The notes below the pieces were generated by a model. It saw only the letters and a program-made list of their open reading frames with translations, did not search any database and had not been told where the DNA came from. A stretch of 64,000 nt of DNA from an uncultured Gammaproteobacteria bacterium (lineage in GTDB: Bacteria; Patescibacteriota; Patescibacteriia; Magasanikbacterales; UBA922). Numbering within the stretch: the first letter of the stretch is position 1; each line of letters begins with the position of its first letter. Of the stretch, positions 54,862-63,716 are shown piece by piece. The DNA lies in NCBI GenBank assembly GCA_964344965.1, contig CAYFPJ010000001.1, positions 86,771 to 150,770 of the forward strand, written 5' to 3'. A program made the position numbers and the translations under genes.

Positions 54862-55029
54862 TGATACTAATGACACGAATATTGAGTTGGAATAACACGA
54901 ATTTTACCACCCAAGCTGGGTGGTTTTTTGATACTACGGATTACGGATAATACGGATTTACGGATAGAAGACTGGTTGCCTTTTTTAAAAAATGGTTTAG
55001 AGTGTATACGCACTGAAGGGAGGTGCAAG

Positions 55030-55320
55030 ATGGCAGGATTCTGGGCGTCTGTGGCGGTGGCGACTGTGGTCGTTGTCGTCGTAAAGACGATCCTCTGGGT
55101 CCGAGAGGACCGCTTGCAGAAGAGGATCCTTGCGTTTCTTGAGACCGAGGAAGGGCAACTTTCCGACCTGGCAGAGATCACATCCGAGGTTATCCCGGCC
55201 GGGAAGAAGATGTACCGGGATCAGGTTCGAGTTGAGGAGTCCTTGAACACACTCCTCGACAAGAAAAAGATTTGGTACAATTGCGACTACGGGTACTCCG
55301 TCGTTAAGAAGGAGGACTGA
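55030..55320 (+). CDS. small hypothetical protein encoded in an anomalously GC-rich segment
   Basis: A GGAGG SD 7 nt upstream, an N-terminal hydrophobic stretch (VAVATVVVVVV) and a helical C-terminus. Its codon usage is GC-rich (GCG GTG GCG GTC), unlike neighbouring genes. Confidence 0.4.
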   Translation: MAGFWASVAVATVVVVVVKTILWVREDRLQKRILAFLETEEGQLSDLAEITSEVIPAGKKMYRDQVRVEESLNTLLDKKKIWYNCDYGYSVVKKED

Positions 55321-55599
55321 CATGCCCTGTCAACCCAACCTACGAATTTGCGGTTTCTCTCGTGGGTTGGCTGAGGAGGGGTCAGCATGGCATTTTCTCG
55401 ACCGATTTGGTCAGAGGAAACTGTAAATGCTTATCCGGGCCGTGGTCTGGAGGGGGTGTCGCGGCTCGGTCGAAGAACATTGGTTTTAGCCACTCTTTGC
55501 CACTTTTTGAAGTGGTTTTTGTATATTTTCTCATCGTAGGTAGAAAGTGCCTGCACTACGTAGCCCGACCGTAGGGGGGCGAAGCAGTGTGGATAAGTA

Positions 55600-55652
55600 T
55601 TGACACCTTATTTGAAAGTATGATATTATCACTCACAGTATTAGAGTGATAA
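55600..55652 (+). promoter_or_regulatory. hrcA promoter (TTGACA-17-ATATTA) with overlapping CIRCE-like operator TTATCACTC-N9-GAGTGATAA
   Basis: ttgaca at 55600-55605. The inverted repeat at 55626-55652 matches CIRCE (TTAGCACTC-N9-GAGTGCTAA) at 14 of 18 positions and sits immediately before the hrcA ATG. Confidence 0.6.
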
Positions 55653-55653
55653 T

Positions 55654-56334
55654 ATGCTAAGTCCTCGCAGAGAAAAACTTCTTCGATTGGTAATTGAGAA
55701 TTATATAGACACTGCAGAGCCAGTAGGCTCTAGTTTTTTGGCCCAAAAAGGAGGCTTGAAAGTTAGTGGTGCCACGATCAGGAATGAGATGCGTGTTCTC
55801 GAAGAATTAGGATATCTTACCCATCCTCATACTTCTTCTGGACGTATTCCGACTGAGATTGGGTATCAATATTATGTAGAGAACATCATGGAAGTGCCTT
55901 CTGTAGACAAAGATATGATTAGAAAGGTAGAGACTGTAGTAAAGGAAGAGTCAGATATGCGCACCCAAGTAAAGCAAGTAGCCAAGTTTACTGCCGAGCA
56001 TTTGCAAAATTCTATTATCGTAGCTTTTGGTCCTCACTCTGTTTATTACACTGGCATTTCATATTTGTTTGCCCAGCCAGAATTTCGAGATTCAGCCTAT
56101 ACTGTCAATATTTCAAAAATTTTTGACCACTGTGAAGACAATTTGGAAGCTATGTATGACCTCATATCTGAAGGGAAAACAGAAGTACTAATAGGGCAAA
56201 AAAATCCTTTTGGCAAATCATGTGGACTGGTGGGGACTAGAGTAGGAGATACATTGTTTACAGTCCTAGCACCGCTTCGTATGAATTATGCCAAAGCAGT
56301 CGGACTTCTTACTTATATAAATTCTGCAAAATAA
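55654..56334 (+). CDS. hrcA: heat-inducible transcription repressor HrcA (short form)
   Basis: The N-terminal wHTH LVIENYIDTAEPVGSSFLAQK...GATIRNEMRVLEELGYL is typical of HrcA. Confidence 0.85.
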   Translation: MLSPRREKLLRLVIENYIDTAEPVGSSFLAQKGGLKVSGATIRNEMRVLEELGYLTHPHTSSGRIPTEIGYQYYVENIMEVPSVDKDMIRKVETVVKEESDMRTQVKQVAKFTAEHLQNSIIVAFGPHSVYYTGISYLFAQPEFRDSAYTVNISKIFDHCEDNLEAMYDLISEGKTEVLIGQKNPFGKSCGLVGTRVGDTLFTVLAPLRMNYAKAVGLLTYINSAK

Positions 56335-56335
56335 C

Positions 56336-57235
56336 ATGACAAATGATATAGATAACAAAACACAAAAAAAGACACGGGATATTTCAATAGTTACAGGAGT
56401 TTTTGTTGAAAATGAAGATAATGAAGTATTGTTTGTAAAAATGCCAAAATGGGGAGACAGATGGGGTATTCCGGGAGGGCATCTTGATAGAGGTGAGGCA
56501 CTAGAAAAGGCTGCACTCCGTGAATTGAAAGAAGAGACAGGAGTTGATGCAGACAAGGCTGAATATATTGGATACACAGAGATGGCAGAGCCAAAAGATT
56601 TCCACAAAAGCAAACATTTTATTAGCTTTCAATTTAAAGTAAAAGTAAAAGGTAGACCGAAGCTTAAATTAGAAAAGAGAGAATTGACTGATCATCGGTG
56701 GATGACACTAGAAGATGCCCGAAAGCAAGATGATCTAAATTCCATCATGGTGAAGACTTTGGAGATGATGTCAGATCAGGTGAAAGAAGAAAACATTGAT
56801 TATAAAGATAAATGGCTTCGTGCTCAAGCAGACTATTCCAATCTACAAAAAGAAATTTCTGAAAAAAGAAGCCAATGGGCAGAGATGAGTGAGTGGCAGA
56901 TTCTCGAAGAGTTTATCCCAGTCTATGATAATTTCAAAAAAGCATTTGACAATGATCAGCGAGCAATGATCAACGATCAGAAGCTACAGAATTGGGTTAT
57001 CGGGGTAGAATATATTAAAAAACAATTTTCGGACGTACTTGCAAGTCATGGTGTTGAAGAGATAGAAACAATCGGGGAAACATTTGATCCAAATTTTCAT
57101 GAGTGCATGAGTGAAGAAAGTTCAGATGAGCATGAAGACGGAGCGATCATTCGGGAAGTAAGTTCTGGGTATAAGAAAGGGGGGCGGGTATTGAAAGTTG
57201 CGGGTGTGGTTCTCAATAAAAAAAATAAAGAATAG
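56336..57235 (+). CDS. grpE: NUDIX hydrolase domain fused to nucleotide-exchange factor GrpE
   Basis: Residues about 45-68, GGHLDRGEALEKAALRELKEETGV, form a perfect Nudix box (Gx5Ex7REUxEExGU). The C-terminal 145 aa (WLRAQADYSNLQKEISEKR, FIPVYDNFKKAF, GETFDPNFHE, GYKKGGRVLKVAGVVL) align with GrpE. It is a single continuous ORF. Confidence 0.8.
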   Translation: MTNDIDNKTQKKTRDISIVTGVFVENEDNEVLFVKMPKWGDRWGIPGGHLDRGEALEKAALRELKEETGVDADKAEYIGYTEMAEPKDFHKSKHFISFQFKVKVKGRPKLKLEKRELTDHRWMTLEDARKQDDLNSIMVKTLEMMSDQVKEENIDYKDKWLRAQADYSNLQKEISEKRSQWAEMSEWQILEEFIPVYDNFKKAFDNDQRAMINDQKLQNWVIGVEYIKKQFSDVLASHGVEEIETIGETFDPNFHECMSEESSDEHEDGAIIREVSSGYKKGGRVLKVAGVVLNKKNKE

Positions 57236-57364
57236 AACCATCCTGAACGATGGCGAAGGATTTCGTGAATTCCCTGATATCTCTTGGCTCCCTTCGGTCG
57301 CTCGAGATGGCGTACCAAATTCTACATTCTATATTCATAATTCTTAATTCTTAATTCCAAACAT

Positions 57365-57823
57365 ATGTCATTAATACGTTGGTCACCAAATTGGGACCCA
57401 TTTCGAGAGATGGAAGAGATGATGAATCGTCTTCCTGCTCTCTCTGGTTCTTCCTTGCCATCAAAAGGATTTGTGCCCGCTATGGATGTCTATGAGACAA
57501 AAGACTCTGTAGTCGCAGAAACTACACTTCCTGGAGTGCGTCCAGAGGATGTCGAAGTAAGTGTCGAGGATGGGATGATCACTATCCAAGGTGAAACAAA
57601 CAAAGAGCGAGAAGTGGAAGAGAAAAATTATTATCGCAAAGAAGTTCGTTCTGGATCATTCTTTCGTCAAGTACCTCTGCCAGTTGCTGTTCTAGAAGAA
57701 AAAGTGACAGCAGAGTTTGATGGTGGTGTGCTAAGGGTCACTTGTCCAAAGGTTGGAAAAAAGAAAGAAGTGAAAAAGATTAAGATTGCGGTGAAGAAAA
57801 AAAAAGAAGTAACTAGTAATTAG
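57365..57823 (+). CDS. Hsp20/alpha-crystallin family small heat-shock protein
   Basis: An ACD core (PAMDVYETKDSVVAETTLPGVRPEDVEVSVEDGMITIQGE) and a C-terminal IKI-like motif. Confidence 0.85.
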   Translation: MSLIRWSPNWDPFREMEEMMNRLPALSGSSLPSKGFVPAMDVYETKDSVVAETTLPGVRPEDVEVSVEDGMITIQGETNKEREVEEKNYYRKEVRSGSFFRQVPLPVAVLEEKVTAEFDGGVLRVTCPKVGKKKEVKKIKIAVKKKKEVTSN

Positions 57824-57840
57824 TAACTTGTAACCAGAGA

Positions 57841-57920
57841 ATAGAACACGGATTAAACGGATCGAACAGATAAAAACAGATCAGTTCAGATCAGTTTAAT
57901 CCGTTAGATCTGTGTTCTAT
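57841..57920. repeat. family C palindromic element (ATAGAACACGGATTAAACGG ... CCGTTAGATCTGTGTTCTAT)
   Basis: Read directly. Confidence 0.65.
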
Positions 57921-57922
57921 AA

Positions 57923-58062
57923 TTTTATAACTAACTAAAAATATGCCAAAAATATTAGGAATCTTCCTACGCTCTCCGCTGCGCTCCGAGCTTCGGAAGG
58001 ACAAGTCGACTTTAATTATAACTAACTAAAAAATATGCCAAAAATATTAGGAATTGATTTAG
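57923..58062 (+). repeat. duplication of the dnaK ribosome-binding site and first seven codons (two copies about 92 nt apart) flanking a GC-rich hairpin insert
   Basis: TTATAACTAACTAAAAATATGCCAAAAATATTAGGAAT at 57923-57962 and again at 58015-58056, with the insert CTTCCTACGCTCTCCGCTGCGCTCCGAGCTTCGGAAGG between them. The upstream copy opens a 27-codon ORF ending TAA 6 nt before the dnaK ATG. Confidence 0.7.
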
Positions 58063-59996
58063 GAACAACAAACAGTTGTATGGCCATCACAGAAGGTGGT
58101 CAACCCAAGGTCCTTGAAAATAAGGAAGGAAATAGGACTACACCATCTATGGTGGCAATAAGTAAGACTGGTGAGCGCCTGGTCGGTCAGCTAGCAAAGC
58201 GCCAAGCTGTGACCAATCCTGGAAATACACTATTCTCTATAAAACGTTTGATTGGACGCCGTTTTGAGGACAAAGAAGTGCAGGAAGTGATAAAGCACGC
58301 TCCTTACAAGATTGTCAAAGACGGTGAAAAAGTGAAGGTCACCATGGGTGACAAAGACTACACTCCTCAAGAAATCAGCGCCATGGTCTTGCAAAAGCTG
58401 ATTGCTGATGCCAAAGAAAAAACTGGTGAAAATATTGAGGAAATTGTCGTGACAGTCCCAGCTTACTTTGACGATGCTCAAAGACAGGCCACCAAAGATG
58501 CTGGGACCATTGCTGGAGTGAAAGTCAGTCGTGTCATCAATGAGCCGACTGCAGCAGCATTTGCTTATGGATTTGACAAGAAAGGTGAACAGAAGATCGT
58601 TGTCTATGATCTAGGTGGTGGCACATTTGATGTCTCAGTTCTTGAGATTTCTCACGACGCTGAGACAGACGCCGCTACAGTAGAAGTGCTCTCAACTCAC
58701 GGTGACACCCATCTTGGTGGTGATGATTTTGACAAAGCAATTATTGAGTGGATTCTCGAAGAATTCAAGAAATCAGAAGGAATTGACCTTTCCAATGATC
58801 CATTGTCTCTACAGCGAGTCAAAGATGCTGCTGAGAAGGCCAAAATTGAGCTCTCTAGCACTCCAGAGACAGAAATCAATGAACCATTCATCACCCAAGG
58901 AAACGAAGGTCCAAAGCACCTAAACATGAAAATCTCTCGTTCTAAGCTAGAGGAGATCGTTAGTGAATTGGTAGAGAAGACTATGGGTCCAGTGAGAGAA
59001 GCTCTCAAAGAAGCCAGTGTTGATAAAAATGCTATCAATGAAATCATCATGGTCGGTGGTATGACTCGTATGCCACTAGTCCAAAAGAAGGTGGAAGAAT
59101 TTTTTGGCAAAAAGCCAAATGTCAGTGTCAATCCAGATGAAGTGGTAGCGACAGGTGCTGCTATCCAAGCTGGTCAGCTCCAAGGTGATCTTGGTAAAGA
59201 TATTCTTCTTCTTGATGTCACTCCGCTTTCATTTGGTATCGAGACTCTCGGTGGTGTATCTACCAAACTGATTGAAAAAAATACTACTATCCCTACCAAC
59301 AAGACTCAGGTATTTTCTACAGCAACTGACAATCAGCCTAGTGTAGAGATCCATGTTTTGCAAGGTGAGCGTGAGATGTCTGGCGACAACAAATCTCTGG
59401 GTAGATTCATGCTCGATGGTATTCCGCCAGCACCACGTGGAGTTCCTCAGATCGAAGTGAAGTTTGACATCGATGCCAATGGAATTTTGAACGTAAGTGC
59501 CAAGGACAAGGGTACTGGTAAGGAGCAAAGTATTCGTATCGAAGCAAGCTCTGGACTTAGTGATGAAGAAATAGAAAAGATGAAAAAAGATGCAGAGCTT
59601 CATGCCGAAGAAGATAAGAAAAAACGTGAAATGATTGATGTCAAAAACACCGCAGACACCATGGTATACACTACAGAAAAAATGATGAAAGACGTGGAAG
59701 AGAAAAAAATCGACATCACAGATGAAGAAAAGAAAGCTGTAGAAGATGCACTCGCAAAAATGAAAGAATTGAAAGATGGAGAAGACATGGAAGCTATCAA
59801 AGCAGCTTCTGAAGAGCTTTCCAAAGCTGGACAAGCAGTCGGTATGAAGATGTATCAACAAGAGCAGGCCAATTCTGCTGAAGGCGGAGCTGAAGCAGGA
59901 AAGCAAGAGAGTGGCGATGCCCCAAAGGATGAAAAAAAGGATGAGGCTGTAGAAGGAGAGGTTGTGGATGAAGGAGAGCAAGAGGCTGGAAAATAG
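58035..59996 (+). CDS. dnaK: molecular chaperone DnaK (Hsp70)
   Basis: 653 aa, with [18 protein letters not shown] and the rest of the canonical Hsp70 sequence. Confidence 0.95.
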   Translation: MPKILGIDLGTTNSCMAITEGGQPKVLENKEGNRTTPSMVAISKTGERLVGQLAKRQAVTNPGNTLFSIKRLIGRRFEDKEVQEVIKHAPYKIVKDGEKVKVTMGDKDYTPQEISAMVLQKLIADAKEKTGENIEEIVVTVPAYFDDAQRQATKDAGTIAGVKVSRVINEPTAAAFAYGFDKKGEQKIVVYDLGGGTFDVSVLEISHDAETDAATVEVLSTHGDTHLGGDDFDKAIIEWILEEFKKSEGIDLSNDPLSLQRVKDAAEKAKIELSSTPETEINEPFITQGNEGPKHLNMKISRSKLEEIVSELVEKTMGPVREALKEASVDKNAINEIIMVGGMTRMPLVQKKVEEFFGKKPNVSVNPDEVVATGAAIQAGQLQGDLGKDILLLDVTPLSFGIETLGGVSTKLIEKNTTIPTNKTQVFSTATDNQPSVEIHVLQGEREMSGDNKSLGRFMLDGIPPAPRGVPQIEVKFDIDANGILNVSAKDKGTGKEQSIRIEASSGLSDEEIEKMKKDAELHAEEDKKKREMIDVKNTADTMVYTTEKMMKDVEEKKIDITDEEKKAVEDALAKMKELKDGEDMEAIKAASEELSKAGQAVGMKMYQQEQANSAEGGAEAGKQESGDAPKDEKKDEAVEGEVVDEGEQEAGK

Positions 59997-60006
59997 TGTA
60001 TACTAC

Positions 60007-60035
60007 AATCCTCCCCATATTGGGGAGGATTTATA
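60007..60035 (+). terminator. hairpin ATCCTCCCC atatt GGGGAGGAT after dnaK
   Basis: Perfect 9-bp stem followed by a T-rich tract. Confidence 0.5.
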
Positions 60036-60099
60036 TAGGAAGTAATGAGATAGGTCAATCTATCTTATTTATCTCTACCAAGAAAAATAATTTTGACAT

Positions 60100-60546
60100 A
60101 TGAACTATTTTTTTAGGATTGGAATGTTAGTTATTTGCCTGTCTTTTTTTATGGGTTGTGGTAATGCACAAAATATACCAGACACTTCTGTCACACCAGA
60201 AGATGAGGTAGAATTAGATTATCTACCTGAACAAGCCCCAATTATGATGGAAAATGATGAGGGTATCTTTTCTTTTGTGGAGGTAGTCGAGCCAGAGCAG
60301 ATTGTTGGCAATTGGCAAGCCGTGGAAGGTGCTTCCTATGAAGAAATTATTTTTGACGTTGATGGGACTTATAGTACTTTTCTAAATCAAAAACCTTTTG
60401 TAGAGGGTACTTGGCAGATAGCGAAAGGATTTTTGATAATGGCTGACTCTGTCCATGGAAATAATATTTATACTGATGTAGCAATAGAAGAAAATATGTT
60501 TGTAGTTGAAAATGATGATGATAAAATAGTTTGGCAAAAATTATAA
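60100..60546 (+). CDS. hypothetical lipoprotein
   Basis: Signal peptide with a lipobox (FFMGC); 148 aa. Confidence 0.5.
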   Translation: MNYFFRIGMLVICLSFFMGCGNAQNIPDTSVTPEDEVELDYLPEQAPIMMENDEGIFSFVEVVEPEQIVGNWQAVEGASYEEIIFDVDGTYSTFLNQKPFVEGTWQIAKGFLIMADSVHGNNIYTDVAIEENMFVVENDDDKIVWQKL

Positions 60547-60577
60547 ATCTTATAATTATTTTTTAGATTATAATCAT

Positions 60578-61273
60578 ATGTTCAAGTTGATTAAGATAGT
60601 TTTAATGGTCGGTGTTTTGGCAGTGGCTTGGTGGCTTTTGTCTCCACTTTTCATTGACAAAGAGGTGGATGATGAGCTAGATCCAAAGGTAGAGTCAGCG
60701 ATCAATTTTGCGCTTGAAAAAACTGGCGAAGGACTCCAAAAAGCTGGAGAAAAAATCAAAGATACAGATGTGGCGGAAATAAAAAAGAAAATAGCAGAGC
60801 TCAAAGAAGATGCCTCTACAAACTTAGAAGACCAGATCAAGAGTGAGGAAGAGATGGCAGAATTTGCAATAGAGATGAGCAAGATGGAAGATAAGGAAAT
60901 GAGTGAAGATGTGATGGATAGTGGAGAGCCAAAAGTTTTATCTACGGGTGAATTTGTCAGTGTAGGTCATACCGGCAGTGGTCAGGTAAAGTTGATAGAT
61001 CTTGGAGGTGACGCAGGCTCTGTTCTTAGATTTGAGAATCTTGATGTTTCCAATGGGCCTGATTTGAGGGTGTATCTATCTAAGAATGGTGATGTTACTA
61101 CCAGCAAGAATTTGGGAGATTTTGTAGAACTTGGACAATTGAAAGGGAATAAAGGAAATCAGAATTATGTTATTCCTAGCAGTATCAATGTTGATCAATA
61201 TAATTCTGTTGTGATATATTGTAAACCGTTTAAGGTGGTATTTAATACTGCTAATTTGGAAAAATCTCAGTAG
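60578..61273 (+). CDS. secreted protein with C-terminal DM13-like domain
   Basis: An N-terminal TM or signal segment and an acidic region. The C-terminal block GEFVSVGHTGSGQVKLI...NGPDLRVYLS resembles DM13. The assignment is tentative. Confidence 0.45.
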   Translation: MFKLIKIVLMVGVLAVAWWLLSPLFIDKEVDDELDPKVESAINFALEKTGEGLQKAGEKIKDTDVAEIKKKIAELKEDASTNLEDQIKSEEEMAEFAIEMSKMEDKEMSEDVMDSGEPKVLSTGEFVSVGHTGSGQVKLIDLGGDAGSVLRFENLDVSNGPDLRVYLSKNGDVTTSKNLGDFVELGQLKGNKGNQNYVIPSSINVDQYNSVVIYCKPFKVVFNTANLEKSQ

Positions 61274-61356
61274 TAGTTTGAAACAATTAGTTATTTTTAG
61301 CCAATTGTGGTAGAAAAATTAATTTATTTATAAAGTTTATTTAATAGATTTCAAAT

Positions 61357-61899
61357 ATGAAACTATTGTCAAAGTATGTAGGAATGCTCGCACTGGCATT
61401 GCTCTTGGTAGGTGGGGGTTGTGCATCACAAGGAGATGTGTCAGACTCAGCCATGGAAGCTGGTCATGATTTAGATTCTGCTATGGAGGGTGTAGAAGAG
61501 GTGGTAGATGAAAATGTAGAAGGGGGTGGTGAAGTTGTGGGAGAGGTATCTGTCGAATTGACTTCTGAGACTTTTACTCATGAGAGTGGGGCATATACAT
61601 ATACATTTGATCCAGCCAAATATGCTACTCAAATTTACGTTAGTTCAGATTCTGTAAGTCTGGATGATATATCTGGGGAATTTAGTAAGACAGCTTTGCA
61701 AGTATTTGTAAAGTCAGCAGATGATAGTAAGCTTGCTCCAGAAGTGTTGGAAAATGCAACTAGTCAAACTCCTACTTTTGCCAAAAAATTTGGTACACAG
61801 AGTATCTATGGCGCATTGGCAAGTGATGGGCAAATTTTGGAAGTAAGATGTCAGGCAAAGAGCTGTGATGATCTACTACCAATGCTTAGTGTAAATTAA
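61357..61899 (+). CDS. hypothetical lipoprotein
   Basis: Signal peptide with lipobox LLVGGGC; 180 aa. Confidence 0.5.
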   Translation: MKLLSKYVGMLALALLLVGGGCASQGDVSDSAMEAGHDLDSAMEGVEEVVDENVEGGGEVVGEVSVELTSETFTHESGAYTYTFDPAKYATQIYVSSDSVSLDDISGEFSKTALQVFVKSADDSKLAPEVLENATSQTPTFAKKFGTQSIYGALASDGQILEVRCQAKSCDDLLPMLSVN

Positions 61900-61984
61900 T
61901 CTATACTTATTAGATTGAGAATCAAAAGTGGTTGTCTCAACCACTTTTGTCCTTAATATAATATTTTCAAAATAAAATAAAACC

Positions 61985-63088
61985 ATGTCCAAAGATTACT
62001 ACAAAATTCTTGGTGTTGAAAAAAATTCTTCACAACCAGATATCAAAAAAGCATTTCGTAAGCTAGCTCATAAATATCATCCTGATAAAAAAGGAGGTGA
62101 CGAAGCAAAATTTAAAGAAGTAAATGAGGCTTACCAAGTCCTTGGTGATGAGAAGAAGCGTCAACAGTACGACCAGTTTGGATCAGATTTTGCTCAGCAA
62201 GGTGGATTTGGTGGTGGAGCTGGCTGGGAGGATTTCATGCGAGCGGCTAGGGGTCAAGGCGGTGGTAATGTCCACTTTGATTTTGGTGGAGTAGATATTG
62301 GAGATATTTTTGGTGACTTGTTTGGCTTCAGCGGTGGTCGGAGAGCTGGCGGAAGACGTAGACAGCGTGGTAATGATATCCAAGTTGATATACAACTAGA
62401 TTTTCGTGAGGCAGTATTTGGTACTGAAAAAGAAATAAATCTTACAAAACACAATGACTGTGATGTCTGTAAGGGGTCTGGAGCAGAGCCTGGAGCAGAA
62501 GTGCACAAATGTGGCAAATGTAATGGTGCTGGACAAGTTCGTGTCGTTCAACAGACTATTCTCGGGGCTATGCAAACTGCCACTACTTGTCCAGACTGTG
62601 GTGGGGCAGGGAAGAAGGCTAGTAAGATGTGTAAGCATTGTGGTGGAGATGGGGTGACTAGGAGTGAATCCAAATACAAAGTAAAAATTCCAGCCGGTAT
62701 AGATGATGGTGGTGTAATAAAGCTTTCTGGTAAAGGAGAAGCGATTGGTCTTGGTGGTCATCCTGGTGATCTTTATATCAGGGTTCGTGTTAAGTCAGAA
62801 AAATATTTTGAGCGTCGTAATTTTGATATCTATACAGAAGTGAACATAAATTTTGTTCAAGCTGTTTTGGGAGATAAAATTGAAATAGAAACTCTTGATG
62901 GTCGTAAGAAGTTGGTAATCCCAGCTGGTACACAATCACACCAACAATTTCGTCTCAAGGGGCTCGGTGTGCCAAGACTACAACGTAGTGGTAGGGGAGA
63001 TCAATTTGTAAATGTTATTGTAGATATACCGAAGAAGTTGAATAGGAAAACGAAGAAACTTTTACAAGATTTAGAAAAAGAGCTATAA
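61985..63088 (+). CDS. dnaJ: molecular chaperone DnaJ
   Basis: J domain (YYKILGV...HPDK), a G/F region and four CxxCxGxG zinc-finger repeats. Confidence 0.93.
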   Translation: MSKDYYKILGVEKNSSQPDIKKAFRKLAHKYHPDKKGGDEAKFKEVNEAYQVLGDEKKRQQYDQFGSDFAQQGGFGGGAGWEDFMRAARGQGGGNVHFDFGGVDIGDIFGDLFGFSGGRRAGGRRRQRGNDIQVDIQLDFREAVFGTEKEINLTKHNDCDVCKGSGAEPGAEVHKCGKCNGAGQVRVVQQTILGAMQTATTCPDCGGAGKKASKMCKHCGGDGVTRSESKYKVKIPAGIDDGGVIKLSGKGEAIGLGGHPGDLYIRVRVKSEKYFERRNFDIYTEVNINFVQAVLGDKIEIETLDGRKKLVIPAGTQSHQQFRLKGLGVPRLQRSGRGDQFVNVIVDIPKKLNRKTKKLLQDLEKEL

Positions 63089-63110
63089 TATAGATAGCTC
63101 TTTTTTCTTA
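63079..63110 (+). terminator. hairpin AGAGCTAT aatat AGATAGCTCT followed by a T-run, after dnaJ
   Basis: Read directly. Confidence 0.5.
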
Positions 63111-63153
63111 GGTTGGTGTATGGAGGTTTTGACTTTTATTTTTATAATAATTT

Positions 63154-63666
63154 ATGGAGTATATAGTTTCTCTCTTCCCGTCTGTTGATATATTTATTTT
63201 AGTTTTATTTGGTTTTGCGTTAATAGTTCATCTTATTTTTGTCAGGAAGACGAAATTGTTTATAGATATATTGTCGGTTTATCTCAGCTTCAGTATAATT
63301 TTTCTTTTACCAATATCTCACAAACCTTGGCAGGAATGGATGATCTCACACGCTAATTTGCGCGCTTGGGTTTTTGTTGGTTTGATTATTTTATTTCACA
63401 TTCTATTTTCTTTCAGTAACTTGCGGTTTTTTTCTTCACGAGTGAGACCGCTCCATTTTTTTCAATCTCTACTGTATCGTTTTTCAATTGTTGGTTTGAT
63501 GTTTTCTGGATTTTTGTATTTTGCTCCAGAAGAAATAAAATCAAAATTAGGTGTTCTTGGTGGATCTTTGTTTACTAATTTTGGTGCTTTGGCATTTTGG
63601 TTTTTCCTCCCATTATTTTTGGCTTTTGTCTACAGGTTTCACACTAAGAGTGGGTGGACGGAATAA
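63154..63666 (+). CDS. hypothetical polytopic membrane protein
   Basis: 170 aa with five or six hydrophobic helices. Confidence 0.45.
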   Translation: MEYIVSLFPSVDIFILVLFGFALIVHLIFVRKTKLFIDILSVYLSFSIIFLLPISHKPWQEWMISHANLRAWVFVGLIILFHILFSFSNLRFFSSRVRPLHFFQSLLYRFSIVGLMFSGFLYFAPEEIKSKLGVLGGSLFTNFGALAFWFFLPLFLAFVYRFHTKSGWTE

Positions 63667-63678
63667 ATTATAAGAAAT

Positions 63679-63706
63679 AAAAACCCCTCATAACGAGGGG
63701 TTTTTA
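63679..63706. terminator. bidirectional terminator AAAAACCCCTC ataa CGAGGGGTTTTT
   Basis: Perfect stem flanked by A and T runs, between convergent genes. Confidence 0.7.
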
Positions 63707-63716
63707 TTTCTTCTTC

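Noticed and set aside
54928-55029. Longer 130-aa version of the GC-island ORF starting at 54928
   Set aside because: The upstream part is AT-rich with different composition and no RBS; the GGAGG-preceded ATG at 55030 is the more plausible start.
59229-59981. 250-aa minus-strand ORF inside dnaK
   Set aside because: Antisense to dnaK; Phe/Leu-rich artefact of the Lys/Glu-rich sense strand.
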